Shown piece by piece: positions 29,649 through 39,682 of a stretch of 64,000 nucleotides of DNA (position 1 is the stretch's first letter; the number at the start of each line of letters is the position of its first letter). The notes under the pieces were generated by a model, which worked only from the letters and a program-made list of their open reading frames with translations, had not been told where the DNA came from and ran no database searches. A program made the translations under genes and the position numbers. Location of the stretch: positions 83,120-147,119 of the forward strand of contig JBBSVO010000003.1 in NCBI GenBank assembly GCA_038046805.1, given 5' to 3'. This stretch comes from Candidatus Micrarchaeota archaeon (GTDB lineage Archaea; Micrarchaeota; Micrarchaeia; Anstonellales; Bilamarchaeaceae).

Positions 29649-30374
29649 ATGGTCGAAATCTACAAAGAACCTTTGAAAATTGAACTTGACGGAACAAAAC
29701 TGCATGTAAATGGAGCGCCGCATCCAAGCAGCGTGAGAAAGCTTGGCCAGATGCAGGAAGTGCTGATGCAGCATGTTGAGCCAAAATCAGAAGAGGATTT
29801 CAATACTTACTGGATGTACCGCAAGGTATATTTCTCGAATAACATCAGATTCGACATTACCCTTCTGCCAGCGAGAATGCTTGGAGGAGAATACATGAAA
29901 ACATATGGGCATTACCACCCAAAAGCACAGGATGGAAGCAGTCTTGGATATCCTGAGATATATCAGGTGCTTAAAGGAAAAGCGATTTTTATACTTCAGG
30001 AAAAAAACAAAGATGGGAGCGTAAATGTAACCGTGCAGGATGCAAACGAAGGAGACATTGCAATAATGCCCCCAGGAAACGGACACGTTACTGTAAATAA
30101 CGGAATAGAAGACATTATACTGTCAAATCTGGTATATGATAATTTCGAATCGGAATACGAAGATTACAAAATATATAGAGGCGCGGCATTTTATGCCACC
30201 GAAGAGGGATTAAAACAGAATACGGAATATCTTGTTAAAAAATTCAGCCGTATAAAGGCAACAGAATTCATCAAAAAATATGGAATCACGGTAAGGGATT
30301 TACTTAAGGAATTCTACAGCAACCCGGAAAAATTCGCCTTCTTAGAAAAGCCCGGACTGCTCTTTGGGCGCTGA
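29649..30374 (+). CDS. pgi: Cupin-type (archaeal) glucose-6-phosphate isomerase
   Basis: EYMKTYGHYH, YPEIYQVLKG, MPPGNGHVTVN, YRGAAFY. Confidence 0.85.
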   Translation: MVEIYKEPLKIELDGTKLHVNGAPHPSSVRKLGQMQEVLMQHVEPKSEEDFNTYWMYRKVYFSNNIRFDITLLPARMLGGEYMKTYGHYHPKAQDGSSLGYPEIYQVLKGKAIFILQEKNKDGSVNVTVQDANEGDIAIMPPGNGHVTVNNGIEDIILSNLVYDNFESEYEDYKIYRGAAFYATEEGLKQNTEYLVKKFSRIKATEFIKKYGITVRDLLKEFYSNPEKFAFLEKPGLLFGR

Positions 30375-33074
30375 CTTCAGTCGTCCACTCGCGAGCTTTT
30401 CATTCCCGCCACCGCCTCCACCGAACTTTGAAGCCAGTTTTTGCATTAGGTCGCGGGCATTTACAGATTTGTTGCTGGAAGCGCAGACCGTATCCCCAAG
30501 ATTATTTACAAGGATAGCTGAAACACCGACACCGCCTGCTGTGAGCAGAAGATTTCCGATTTTTCTAAGGGTTTCTGCATCCGTATCAAGTATTCTTACC
30601 GCGGTTTTGCCACTTGCAATGCTTTCTTTTACTACTTCGGCAGCTTCGCTTTTTGCAAATCCTTCTGAAAGCTCCACTATCTTTTTCTTTTGCTCTTTCC
30701 ATTCATTGAAAAATCGTTCAACAGTCTTCTTCAGCTCATTGTCACTTACGCTTACAACCAACGCGGCATCGCGGAGCATTTTTTCCTTTTCCTGAACATA
30801 TGCAATTGCAACAGTTCCGCATTTGTAGGTTATTCTTTCTACACCATCCTGAATACCCTCGCGTTTCACGATTTTGAAGCATCCAATTTCGCCAGTGCTT
30901 TTTAGCATGTGATGGGTTCCGCCACACGCTTCGGTGTCGATTCCCTTGACCGAAACAATGCGAAGTTCTTTTCCCGGAACTGCACCGCCCTGATAAAGCG
31001 TGAAACCATATTTTGATTCCGCAACGTTTCGCGGCAAAACTTCAACAAGAATCGGAACGTTTCGCAAGATGTATTCATTTACCTTTAATTCGATTTTGTC
31101 CAGCTCCTCCTGCGTTGTGCGCTTGTAATGAGTGACGTCCAAATGCGCTTTTTCCGCATCCTTGTGAGAACCGCCCTGCCAGATATGGTTTCCCAGAATC
31201 TCGCGACAAGCCGCATTTAACAGGTGCGCAGCTGTGTGATGACGAGTGATTGTTTTCCTGCGTTCCAACTCAACTTCGCCTTTGATCTTTTGACCGGATT
31301 TGAACTTGGAAGCATCTGCAGAAGAAACTTCGTGAAGGATTACGCCTGCCTGTTTTTGGGTATCGGTTACAGAGATTCCATTTAATGTTCCGGTATCGCC
31401 TACCTGTCCGCCCCCTTCTGGATAAAAAGCAGATTTGTCAAGAACAACATACTTGCTGCCAATTACTCCAAGGACTTTTGCATCAAACGAACCGGACGAA
31501 CCGGACGAACCAGACCCCTTTTCCGAATAGTATAGCGGCTCTGTTTTATCGAATTTTGAAACATCTAATTTTGCTCCCTCTTCTTTCTTTGCTTCTCCTT
31601 CCTTTTCACGCACTAACCCGTAGAAGTTACCCGGAACATGAACTTTTACTCCAGACTCTTTCGCGACTTCCTCTACAAACTCTGGCGGAACACCATGACT
31701 CTTGTAAAGCGTAATAAGATCGTCAGTCTTGATTGAACTGTTTACTCCATCAGCTCCTTTGGAAAGCATAGAAACTACTTTTCCTCGCGCTTTTTGTTTT
31801 GTTGCCTCGTATTTCTTTTTTTCTTCTGTGATGACGTCCGCGGTTGATAAGACTCCGCTCTTTAGATTCGGAAACAAGTCTGTAAGATGCGCAGCATGAA
31901 GTTCGAGGATTTTCGCATAATCAAACTTGAAACCATATTCTTCTTCGAAACCAAACGCACGCCTAAGAATGAGCCGTAAATTATATCCGCCTCCGGCATT
32001 GCTCGGAAGCATTCCATCTGTAACCGCTGAAAGGACCGTGAGCAAATGATCACTCGTGGCATAAAGCGCCTGCAACGGCTCAATATGCGAGAAAAGCTCT
32101 TGCTTGGAAATACCCAGTTTTTTTGCGATGGATTCTTTTTCTGCTTCAACGTCGGCAACTTCATCTATGTTAAGGCTTCCTGACATGCGGGCATATTGTG
32201 TGAACAGTTTTTCATCAACTTTAACGCCATGCTCCTTTCTCAGATATTTTATGACTGGTCCGAAAACAACTTCATAACTGGTTGCAGCGTCATTTGTTAT
32301 CCATGCAAGTCTCTCAAGACCTGCACCCATATCAATAACTTTCGTACTGAGTTCTCGTCCAGAACCGTTCGGTAAAACCTCGTATTGCATAAAGACGCAA
32401 TTTCCTAATTCGAGTCCGCCAACGAAATATTCCATGCTTGGACCGTAGTTTCCGCCACCTGCCCAGACATCTTCCATGAAAACAAGCTCTTCTTTCTGGA
32501 TTCCCAGCGCTTTAAGATACGCAACATCATGCATCAATGCTTCGTCCTTCCAGTAGAAAAGTCCTGTCTTTTTTGTGTTGAACGCGTGTTGACCGACCAT
32601 AACGAAATTAGTGTAGTGCCGCCCGGTTACGCCGACGTTCGCTATATCGGGAAACCGTATGCAGTGCTGCGGAATGAGCAATGGATTATGAGGCGGGGGA
32701 AGCTCGCCATTAACCACGTAAGGCTGAAAATCATTGATCGATGCGATTGAAAAGTAAAGGTCGTCCCTCCATCTTGCGACCGTGGGATAGGAATCGATTA
32801 TTCCATGACCATGTTTTGAAAAGTATTTTTTCAATTCATTCCAGGTTTCAACATAACCGAGTTTTCGCCTTGAGGGAGATTTTCCAATGAATGGATACCC
32901 AATACAAGATGCGTCAGCGCAATATTCCCTTTCTCCGCCGCTCCAGAAATTCCTTCCGCATTTCTTGCATTTCTGACGGGTGAACCCCATCTCGACAATG
33001 CTCTTTATCTTGTAATGCTTCTCCCAGTCCCTGGAGAATTGTTTTCGAAGATCGTTTTTGTCAACATCTGGCAT
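30342..33074 (-). CDS. alaS: Alanine--tRNA ligase
   Basis: VARWRDDLYF, GRHYTNF, IDMGAGLER, HHTAAHLL, EACGGTH, GGGGGG. Confidence 0.98.
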   Translation of the reverse strand: MPDVDKNDLRKQFSRDWEKHYKIKSIVEMGFTRQKCKKCGRNFWSGGEREYCADASCIGYPFIGKSPSRRKLGYVETWNELKKYFSKHGHGIIDSYPTVARWRDDLYFSIASINDFQPYVVNGELPPPHNPLLIPQHCIRFPDIANVGVTGRHYTNFVMVGQHAFNTKKTGLFYWKDEALMHDVAYLKALGIQKEELVFMEDVWAGGGNYGPSMEYFVGGLELGNCVFMQYEVLPNGSGRELSTKVIDMGAGLERLAWITNDAATSYEVVFGPVIKYLRKEHGVKVDEKLFTQYARMSGSLNIDEVADVEAEKESIAKKLGISKQELFSHIEPLQALYATSDHLLTVLSAVTDGMLPSNAGGGYNLRLILRRAFGFEEEYGFKFDYAKILELHAAHLTDLFPNLKSGVLSTADVITEEKKKYEATKQKARGKVVSMLSKGADGVNSSIKTDDLITLYKSHGVPPEFVEEVAKESGVKVHVPGNFYGLVREKEGEAKKEEGAKLDVSKFDKTEPLYYSEKGSGSSGSSGSFDAKVLGVIGSKYVVLDKSAFYPEGGGQVGDTGTLNGISVTDTQKQAGVILHEVSSADASKFKSGQKIKGEVELERRKTITRHHTAAHLLNAACREILGNHIWQGGSHKDAEKAHLDVTHYKRTTQEELDKIELKVNEYILRNVPILVEVLPRNVAESKYGFTLYQGGAVPGKELRIVSVKGIDTEACGGTHHMLKSTGEIGCFKIVKREGIQDGVERITYKCGTVAIAYVQEKEKMLRDAALVVSVSDNELKKTVERFFNEWKEQKKKIVELSEGFAKSEAAEVVKESIASGKTAVRILDTDAETLRKIGNLLLTAGGVGVSAILVNNLGDTVCASSNKSVNARDLMQKLASKFGGGGGGNEKLASGRLKSAPKEQSGLF

Positions 33075-33218
33075 GAAATCAACTTTCAGTGTTCTAATGT
33101 TTTCGGATAAAACTTTTAAAGCAACGGTTATCCGTTGAAGTAGCTACCCATAGGCACAACCACATAATTTTTAAACAGAATTCGACTCATTCTTAGAATA
33201 CCATTTACGCTTAGCTGT

Positions 33219-33473
33219 GGGCCCGTAACTCAGCTTGAACCTTTTGACTTCTGAAACCTAAAGGCAAAACGTTTCATGTCAAGAACGACGTTTCGTTCTT
33301 GAGCATGATCATGAACGGTTCGCCGTTCATGACATCGAAAAGCCCTTAGGTAGCACAAGTCAAACGGTTTCTGAAATGGTAGAGTGCCGGACTCTTATGG
33401 TCCTGAGTCTTGAGTTTAGAGTCTTGGGATTTAAGAAATCCGTTTGCCAAGGGTTCAAATCCCTTCGGGCCCG
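33219..33473 (+). tRNA. tRNA-Lys(CTT) with 141-nt D-loop intron (17/17a; 33236-33376) and 40-nt 37/38 intron (33398-33437)
   Basis: GGGCCCG/CGGGCCC-G, CCGGA CT CTT A..A TCCGT, AAGGG TTCAAAT CCCTT; BHB TCAG-CT|T GAACC...GGTTT CTGA-AA|T. Confidence 0.9.
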
Positions 33474-33520
33474 TTTTATGTTTCCGGTAGCGGGCTCCCT
33501 GCCTCCGGTCAACGGATGGC

Positions 33521-36223
33521 TTACGAATTTAGGTGATTTTTTCTTCTTGGTGATACCAGCATTACTGCAAATGGAGATAATGAATTTGGCTTAGAATGCC
33601 CTTGTTTACGCGTAGAAAACGAAATTGAATTTTTTCTTTTTCTGGTTTTTTGTTTTTCCGCACGGCTTGAAATTTCCGCACGTTTTGGATTACGTCTTTG
33701 ATTATTGGTTACGCGAAATTTTGGTTTGGTTGGTTTTTCAGCTCTTAAACTGTCTGATTTTGGAGTTTCTTTAGACCATCTTGGTTCTACTCTTTGCGGT
33801 TTTTCTCTTCTGAATGCTGCTTTTTTCGTATTTCTTTTTTGGATTTGTTTTTCCACTTTTTCCGGATTGGATATTTGCATTGTTTTTTCGGATTTTCTTT
33901 TTTCTTTAACAGAACGAAAACGGGATGAAAGCATGGGCCTGACTTTCGCGAATTCGGATGCCGGATTTTGACTTGGTTTTGATCTTCGGCGTTGAGCGGG
34001 CATCACGATTTGCGATTTTGTTTTTCTCTTCACTGGTTTCATTTTTTCAGGTTTTCCGTTTTCCGAGGTTCTGGCTTTTTGTGAATCTGATTTCTGAGCT
34101 GGCGTTCCTGGCATTTTTCTTTCCGGTTTTTTCTTTTCAGATTTCGGAGTTTCTGTTTTGTGTTTTTCCGCTCTCCGAACCACATTTTTCAACGTTTTTG
34201 GTTTTGCATTTATTGGTGCATCATTTAGAGGTTCGAATTTTCTGAATTTTTTTCGTGGGAATTTGTCTTCCAACCCTCTTCGGAATTTTGGGCTTGGTTC
34301 TTTTTTCGCAATTCTGGGCTTTTTACCTGACGACTTGGCTTCTGGAAGTTTCCTGGAGGCAGGTTTCCTTTCTTGTCTAGAGACGCGTGAGGATTCTGTT
34401 TGTAATTTCTGGCGTGGAGTGCGAATGATCGCGGAAATTTGCGGAACAGGAATGGATTCCATATACCTAACGACTTTCGTATGCGGAGCCGGTCGCACGT
34501 GCGGAACAAACACAACTCCCGCATATTTTACTTCGGTTGAGAATTGAGAAGGTTGTGAAATTTGTGAGAGAAATGAAACGGCTTTAACTTCTATTGGCTT
34601 TTCTGACTTAGGTGGTTCCGGTTTCTGCGGTTCCTGCTGGTTCGGTGCACTAAAGGAAAGCGAAACGGCGGGGGATTGAACAGATACAACAGAGCGGGTA
34701 GATGGAAATTCAATCGCTGGAACGGACAATATTGACGAAATAACACGGATTTGATTTTGTTCCGCAACAACGTCATGTTGAGGTTCTAAACGTGGCATCT
34801 GATGAGGTATGGTAAGCATGGACGATACAAAAAAAAGAGAGGATGATGATTTCTCCGAATTGCGCGGAAATTTTGATGGCAAAATAACCTGTTTGGGTAG
34901 AACTGGCTGGGACAAAACGGGTTGAGGAATGCGCGGCTCGGAATACAGTATGTCGGATGCTCGCAATGCTTGCTGAGAGATTGCCGATACCGTTGCCCTA
35001 ACCAAAAACTGATTAAGCAAAGGCCGCTGGACAGGAGTTAATACGAATTGCGGGGCGATAGCTGAAGACAAAAGAGTATTGGGTCCCGGTTGCCGGATTT
35101 CGGTTGCTGGCAAAGAATATGATTGCCCAACCGAAGCCGTGGATTCGCGAGAAGCTACCAGAATAGGATTTTGAGATGCGGACTGAGGCTGAATCTGTTG
35201 GTTTTCAGAAAGAAACTGGGTTCTTGATGTGTTAACTGTTTCTGAAGACGCGGAAACAAACGGGAGGAAATCAGAACGAAAAGAAGATGGAGCAGCACCT
35301 GGAGCGGATTGTACTTGATACGTGTTTTGTGAGCCGCCCGATTGAATTGATGACGAAACTACGGGTTCCTGATGTTGGATGGGGAGCGTGGTTGATTGAA
35401 CCGCGAGATTCTGCAAAATCAGTTGCTGTAAGGCGAATTCCCCGCTTCCTGAAAAATCAATTCCTGATTTTGTCAAAAGGTTGGTTTTGTCAAGCGAGGC
35501 AGTGTCTGTTGTAGGATTGAAGGTTCCGGTTACGTAAAATTGTTCGGATTCTTTTTGCTGGATGAGCTTGGCATCCATACTGTCTCCGTGAGAACTGCCA
35601 CCCCCGCCAATAGATTTAGGTTGCATGGATACGCGCGTATAAACATCTTGGTTCCGTATATTAGCATCCTGTTGAAGATTGCGCGCATCATTCGGAGTAA
35701 AAAATATCGCACCCGGGACAGAAGAAGTTACATGAAGCGATGGTGAAATTCCATCAAACGAAACTGCATTAAGTCGCCTGACAGAATCCGCGTCAAGAAG
35801 GTTGACTGGATTTGGAATATCCGCGGTCATCCCAACATCATCACGCAACAGGAAACTAAATTCTTGAGATCCGGATAGTACCTGCGAGGTGAGATTCTCC
35901 CAAAAAACATCACTGGAACGAAGAACCCTAAAGCACATTTCAGCTGTTTCAGATTCAACACCAGCACCCCGTATTGAATAGAACTGAATCCAGTCCCTTA
36001 AACGAAGCCCTCCGATTTCAACCTCTTTTAGATAATGTTTGGCCATTTGTGCGTTGAATTCAACATTGCAATTCCCGCCATGTTGCTTTACTACGTTCAT
36101 TATCCCTTCTAGAAGCGTGATTCCTTCTCTCACCAAACCGCTTATTGCCCTGCGGTTGCCAGTGCAGTCTTGAACATGAAGTTTTAGAAGAACAAGCGAA
36201 CCAAAACTAGCCATACCAGCCAA
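33521..36223 (-). CDS. Large low-complexity protein (S/Q/P-rich middle, K/R-rich C-terminus)
   Basis: 900-aa uninterrupted ORF. Confidence 0.75.
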   Translation of the reverse strand: MAGMASFGSLVLLKLHVQDCTGNRRAISGLVREGITLLEGIMNVVKQHGGNCNVEFNAQMAKHYLKEVEIGGLRLRDWIQFYSIRGAGVESETAEMCFRVLRSSDVFWENLTSQVLSGSQEFSFLLRDDVGMTADIPNPVNLLDADSVRRLNAVSFDGISPSLHVTSSVPGAIFFTPNDARNLQQDANIRNQDVYTRVSMQPKSIGGGGSSHGDSMDAKLIQQKESEQFYVTGTFNPTTDTASLDKTNLLTKSGIDFSGSGEFALQQLILQNLAVQSTTLPIQHQEPVVSSSIQSGGSQNTYQVQSAPGAAPSSFRSDFLPFVSASSETVNTSRTQFLSENQQIQPQSASQNPILVASRESTASVGQSYSLPATEIRQPGPNTLLSSAIAPQFVLTPVQRPLLNQFLVRATVSAISQQALRASDILYSEPRIPQPVLSQPVLPKQVILPSKFPRNSEKSSSSLFFVSSMLTIPHQMPRLEPQHDVVAEQNQIRVISSILSVPAIEFPSTRSVVSVQSPAVSLSFSAPNQQEPQKPEPPKSEKPIEVKAVSFLSQISQPSQFSTEVKYAGVVFVPHVRPAPHTKVVRYMESIPVPQISAIIRTPRQKLQTESSRVSRQERKPASRKLPEAKSSGKKPRIAKKEPSPKFRRGLEDKFPRKKFRKFEPLNDAPINAKPKTLKNVVRRAEKHKTETPKSEKKKPERKMPGTPAQKSDSQKARTSENGKPEKMKPVKRKTKSQIVMPAQRRRSKPSQNPASEFAKVRPMLSSRFRSVKEKRKSEKTMQISNPEKVEKQIQKRNTKKAAFRREKPQRVEPRWSKETPKSDSLRAEKPTKPKFRVTNNQRRNPKRAEISSRAEKQKTRKRKNSISFSTRKQGHSKPNSLSPFAVMLVSPRRKNHLNS

Positions 36224-36245
36224 TTAGATGATTTGGATTTTTATA

Positions 36246-37136
36246 TTAATCGTTTGGTTCATCTGGATTTGCACGCGGATTTATCTCAACTCCTTCCAGA
36301 TATTCTCCAAGTTCTTTTAGTGCGGCCAATTCTCTTTTTTCAAATTCAATATTATACCCGTGCTCGAGAATTTTTCTTACAAAATCTCCAAACAATGGAA
36401 TTTTTTCAACCATTACATAAAACCAGTTATCCTCTGGTTCTTTGACATTGCCAGATTCTATGAGACGGTCCCCCACATCAACCAATTCTTGGTATTTTGA
36501 CGTGTGTTGGTCTCGCAATCTTAGCTTAAGGCGGTTCAAAAGCACATCCTGGCTGTCATCAAGGAATTGCTTGAACCATGCGAAAGAAATAAATATGCCG
36601 ATACCTGCCAGGCCTATTTCAACAAGAGCTTCGGAAGATTCCACTGCTTCGTCCTTCAGACGCATTATCGTTTCAGATAAAGTACCCTCCAGCAACCCGA
36701 CAACCAAACCAACTGCTGCCGCAGTGCATACTGCTACCCTTAAACCAATGGCGATGTGAGAAGTGAGGATATCCAACCGCGAGTTTAGCTCTGCAACCCT
36801 GAGCGCGAAGTTCAATCCATAACGGTCAATCCACTCATCTGCACGTTTTGAGAATTTATTCCTTAACACTTCCGAACGCCTTTCTTCTGGAGACTGCTCG
36901 GATTCAACAAGGTCATATTTGGTTTTGCCTACAGTTATCTGAGTAATGACATCTGACCCATTATCTTCATCCAGATCAACAATGAGCTGTCGTTTTCCAT
37001 CAGTTCCCGAAACAACTTTTGCCGGATTTGTTGGGCCCTCTGGTTCAACTCCTCCAAATAATGAACTCGCGACGGTTGTTCTTTTTCGCATTCCTGTGCT
37101 TAACGCTGCAAGATGCTGGATAAATTTATATCTCAT
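36246..37136 (-). CDS. Hypothetical two-TM membrane protein
   Basis: 296-aa ORF with two hydrophobic segments. Confidence 0.7.
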   Translation of the reverse strand: MRYKFIQHLAALSTGMRKRTTVASSLFGGVEPEGPTNPAKVVSGTDGKRQLIVDLDEDNGSDVITQITVGKTKYDLVESEQSPEERRSEVLRNKFSKRADEWIDRYGLNFALRVAELNSRLDILTSHIAIGLRVAVCTAAAVGLVVGLLEGTLSETIMRLKDEAVESSEALVEIGLAGIGIFISFAWFKQFLDDSQDVLLNRLKLRLRDQHTSKYQELVDVGDRLIESGNVKEPEDNWFYVMVEKIPLFGDFVRKILEHGYNIEFEKRELAALKELGEYLEGVEINPRANPDEPND

Positions 37137-37162
37137 GTCGCAATTTATGAAGGAAGGGGTAT

Positions 37163-39118
37163 TTAAATCACGGCGCGCCTGCTCAATTCCCTCGCCAGTG
37201 TCATTTGCTCAAATGGCTTCCCTGAGTTTTCCTTTTCAACGAGAGAGGCGAGTTCCTCTACGCCCATCTCCTTTTTCTCCCCGCTCGCCCGCATTGAAAC
37301 GCTTAGTTTTCCGCTTTCGATTTCTTTGTCACCTATAACGGCAACATAAGGAATCCATTCTTTTTCTGCATCGCGGATTTTCTTTCCCAATTGCTCGCTT
37401 CTGTCGTCAAAATCAACGCGAACCAGACGATTTCCGAATTCCGCCAGAATCTTCTGCGCGTAATCGCGGTGTTTATCGCTAACAGGAATAACACGGATTT
37501 GTGTTGGGGCAAGCCATATTGGCAGCATTGCCTTTTTCCCTTGTTTCATTTTTCTTGCTTCATTCTCAAGAAGCGCATAAATAACACGTTCGAGGCTTCC
37601 TGAGATCGACGCATGAAGAATAAACGGCTTTTTCTTAGAGCCATCCTCTGCAATATAATTTATGTCGTATGTGTCTGCATTCTCAACATCTATCTGGACT
37701 GTTGAAAGTGCGCTTGCCTTGTCATTGTTATCTACGAAATTGAATTCAAATTTCGTGATAAAATACGCATAACGTTCCTTGAACAATTCAACAAGAATGG
37801 GTTTCCCCCATTTCTTTACCATTGAAAGATACCAATCCTTGTTTTCGTTGAAAAAGTCCTCCTGAATTCTAAAGCCTGCTTCACTGTCCAAACCCATATC
37901 GTTCATCCAGTCAAGAGATTTGAAAAACTGTGCTTCAAATTCTGCCTTTGCTTGATCAATATCACCGCAGAACGTGTGCATATCCGGCATTGTGAATGCC
38001 CGTAATCGTTTGAGTCCCGCGAGTTCACCGCCCTGCTCGCGACGGAAGCTATATCTTGTAAGCTCGAACATTTTCAGCGGAAGGTGTTTGTAACTAATGA
38101 CCATGTCGTGCGCGATTAGAAATTGCCCAAAACACGCTGCGAATCTGAGGAACAACTTCTTGTCTTCGCTAATTACTGTATATTGGCGCGCGGGAAAGCG
38201 GTTCAAATATTTTTTTAGTGTTGGGTGTTCGTAATCATACATTATCGGGGTTTCCACTTCCATCGCCCCATAGTTCGAACAGTAATCCGTAATCGCGCGT
38301 TCGAGAATCTTTTTGATGAGCCGCCCTTTTGGAAGGAAACGGAAATTACCGGAATCGCTTCCAGGCTCGTAATCAATCAGGCCGTGTTCTTTCATGATTT
38401 TGATATGCGGTGGCTCGGTTTCATACGCCCGGACTTTCTTTGTTTCATAGGTTGCGAATGTTTTCAGGCCTGCGTTCTTCCCATAGTTAAATTTATCCAC
38501 TTCGTGTAGTTTGCCTTCAAGGTCAAAGATATGGAAATGGCTTTTCATTACACTTTCCTGCTTTAGACTGGCGGAAATTACCTCTTTTTCCATTTCCTTT
38601 CCGTCGGTACCAATTCTCGCGCCAATCCCAGCCCCAACCTCAGTTCCGATTCCAGTACCAATTTGCTTTCCGGTATCGCCCTCGGCTTTCAACTCGCGGG
38701 ATAATTCACTTAGCGGATGGCCTTTGCATCTGAGCGTGTAACTCTTATACCATCCAAAAGGAGAATGGTCTGCAGTGTAACCAGCATGTTTCAGCAATCC
38801 TTCTGCCTTTTCAATAACAGAACGCGCAACACGTGGTGCGGACGGCTTTGATGTAAGATGAACAAGCGGATAAAGAAGAATGTTTTTTGCCTTTAACTGC
38901 TTTGCAACATTTTCCGTCTCGCTTGCGAGCTTTTGTGCTACAGATGCAACGTCTTCGTCCCCCTCTTCAACAGCAGTAAACACTACGAGCACTTCCTCGT
39001 ATTTTTGCTTCCCTTTCTTGCCTTCGCTATCAAGCAATTCCGCATCCTTTATTGCCTTGCTAAGCGCCTCAACCTCAATGAAATCCGCGTGTACTGTAAG
39101 TATTCTCATAGATACCAA
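37163..39118 (-). CDS. thrS: Threonine--tRNA ligase (archaeal type with N-terminal editing domain)
   Basis: PFGWYK, CKGHPLSELSR, LRFAACFG, RLRAFTMPDMH, LPIWLAPTQ. Confidence 0.98.
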   Translation of the reverse strand: MVSMRILTVHADFIEVEALSKAIKDAELLDSEGKKGKQKYEEVLVVFTAVEEGDEDVASVAQKLASETENVAKQLKAKNILLYPLVHLTSKPSAPRVARSVIEKAEGLLKHAGYTADHSPFGWYKSYTLRCKGHPLSELSRELKAEGDTGKQIGTGIGTEVGAGIGARIGTDGKEMEKEVISASLKQESVMKSHFHIFDLEGKLHEVDKFNYGKNAGLKTFATYETKKVRAYETEPPHIKIMKEHGLIDYEPGSDSGNFRFLPKGRLIKKILERAITDYCSNYGAMEVETPIMYDYEHPTLKKYLNRFPARQYTVISEDKKLFLRFAACFGQFLIAHDMVISYKHLPLKMFELTRYSFRREQGGELAGLKRLRAFTMPDMHTFCGDIDQAKAEFEAQFFKSLDWMNDMGLDSEAGFRIQEDFFNENKDWYLSMVKKWGKPILVELFKERYAYFITKFEFNFVDNNDKASALSTVQIDVENADTYDINYIAEDGSKKKPFILHASISGSLERVIYALLENEARKMKQGKKAMLPIWLAPTQIRVIPVSDKHRDYAQKILAEFGNRLVRVDFDDRSEQLGKKIRDAEKEWIPYVAVIGDKEIESGKLSVSMRASGEKKEMGVEELASLVEKENSGKPFEQMTLARELSRRAVI

Positions 39119-39172
39119 TCCTTCTTTGCATTTGTTGCATTTTATATGTGAATAATAAAAGATAAAAAAGAA

Positions 39173-39682
39173 TCACACTGGCAGGTTGGCTGAATCACGA
39201 TATCCCTCAACTGGGTGGGATCGCTGCACATATCGCGGGTAATGCCACTGTGGAGAATGAAATCCATACGGAAGATCACGCAGCCCGTATATGCGCTCGA
39301 AATCACATAATTTACTCGCGAAAACCCTAAATTCAGATACAACCACACCGATCGGAACATCCCTATCTAGTAAGGGTAAGATACTTTCTGGTTTCTTACG
39401 ACTTGCATCCAACCAAATCGTCAGGAAACGCGCAAGGTGCGGATTCGACAATGAAATCAAACCATCGACTCTTTCGCGAATTACCTGCTCGGCTTCTGTT
39501 TGGAAATAAATTTGCATAGCACGTGGATTATCTGCATCCGGACAAGTTCTTTTCGGTCTTATCGCGCATTCGAGTGCAAGAAGCTGAGGTCCTTTGAACT
39601 TAAAACTCCTTTTTGTAATGAGCCCGCCCTTACCCCTAACCTGGCATTCCGAAGGAATTCCGATTTTAAGAACTACCACCAT
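39173..39682 (-). CDS. Hypothetical protein
   Basis: 169-aa ORF with GGAGGTG SD-like motif, overlapping the end of the HTH frame. Confidence 0.65.
   Translation of the reverse strand: MVVVLKIGIPSECQVRGKGGLITKRSFKFKGPQLLALECAIRPKRTCPDADNPRAMQIYFQTEAEQVIRERVDGLISLSNPHLARFLTIWLDASRKKPESILPLLDRDVPIGVVVSEFRVFASKLCDFERIYGLRDLPYGFHSPQWHYPRYVQRSHPVEGYRDSANLPV

Noticed and set aside
33376..33594. 72-aa ORF
   Set aside because: Reads through tRNA-Lys exons and intron.
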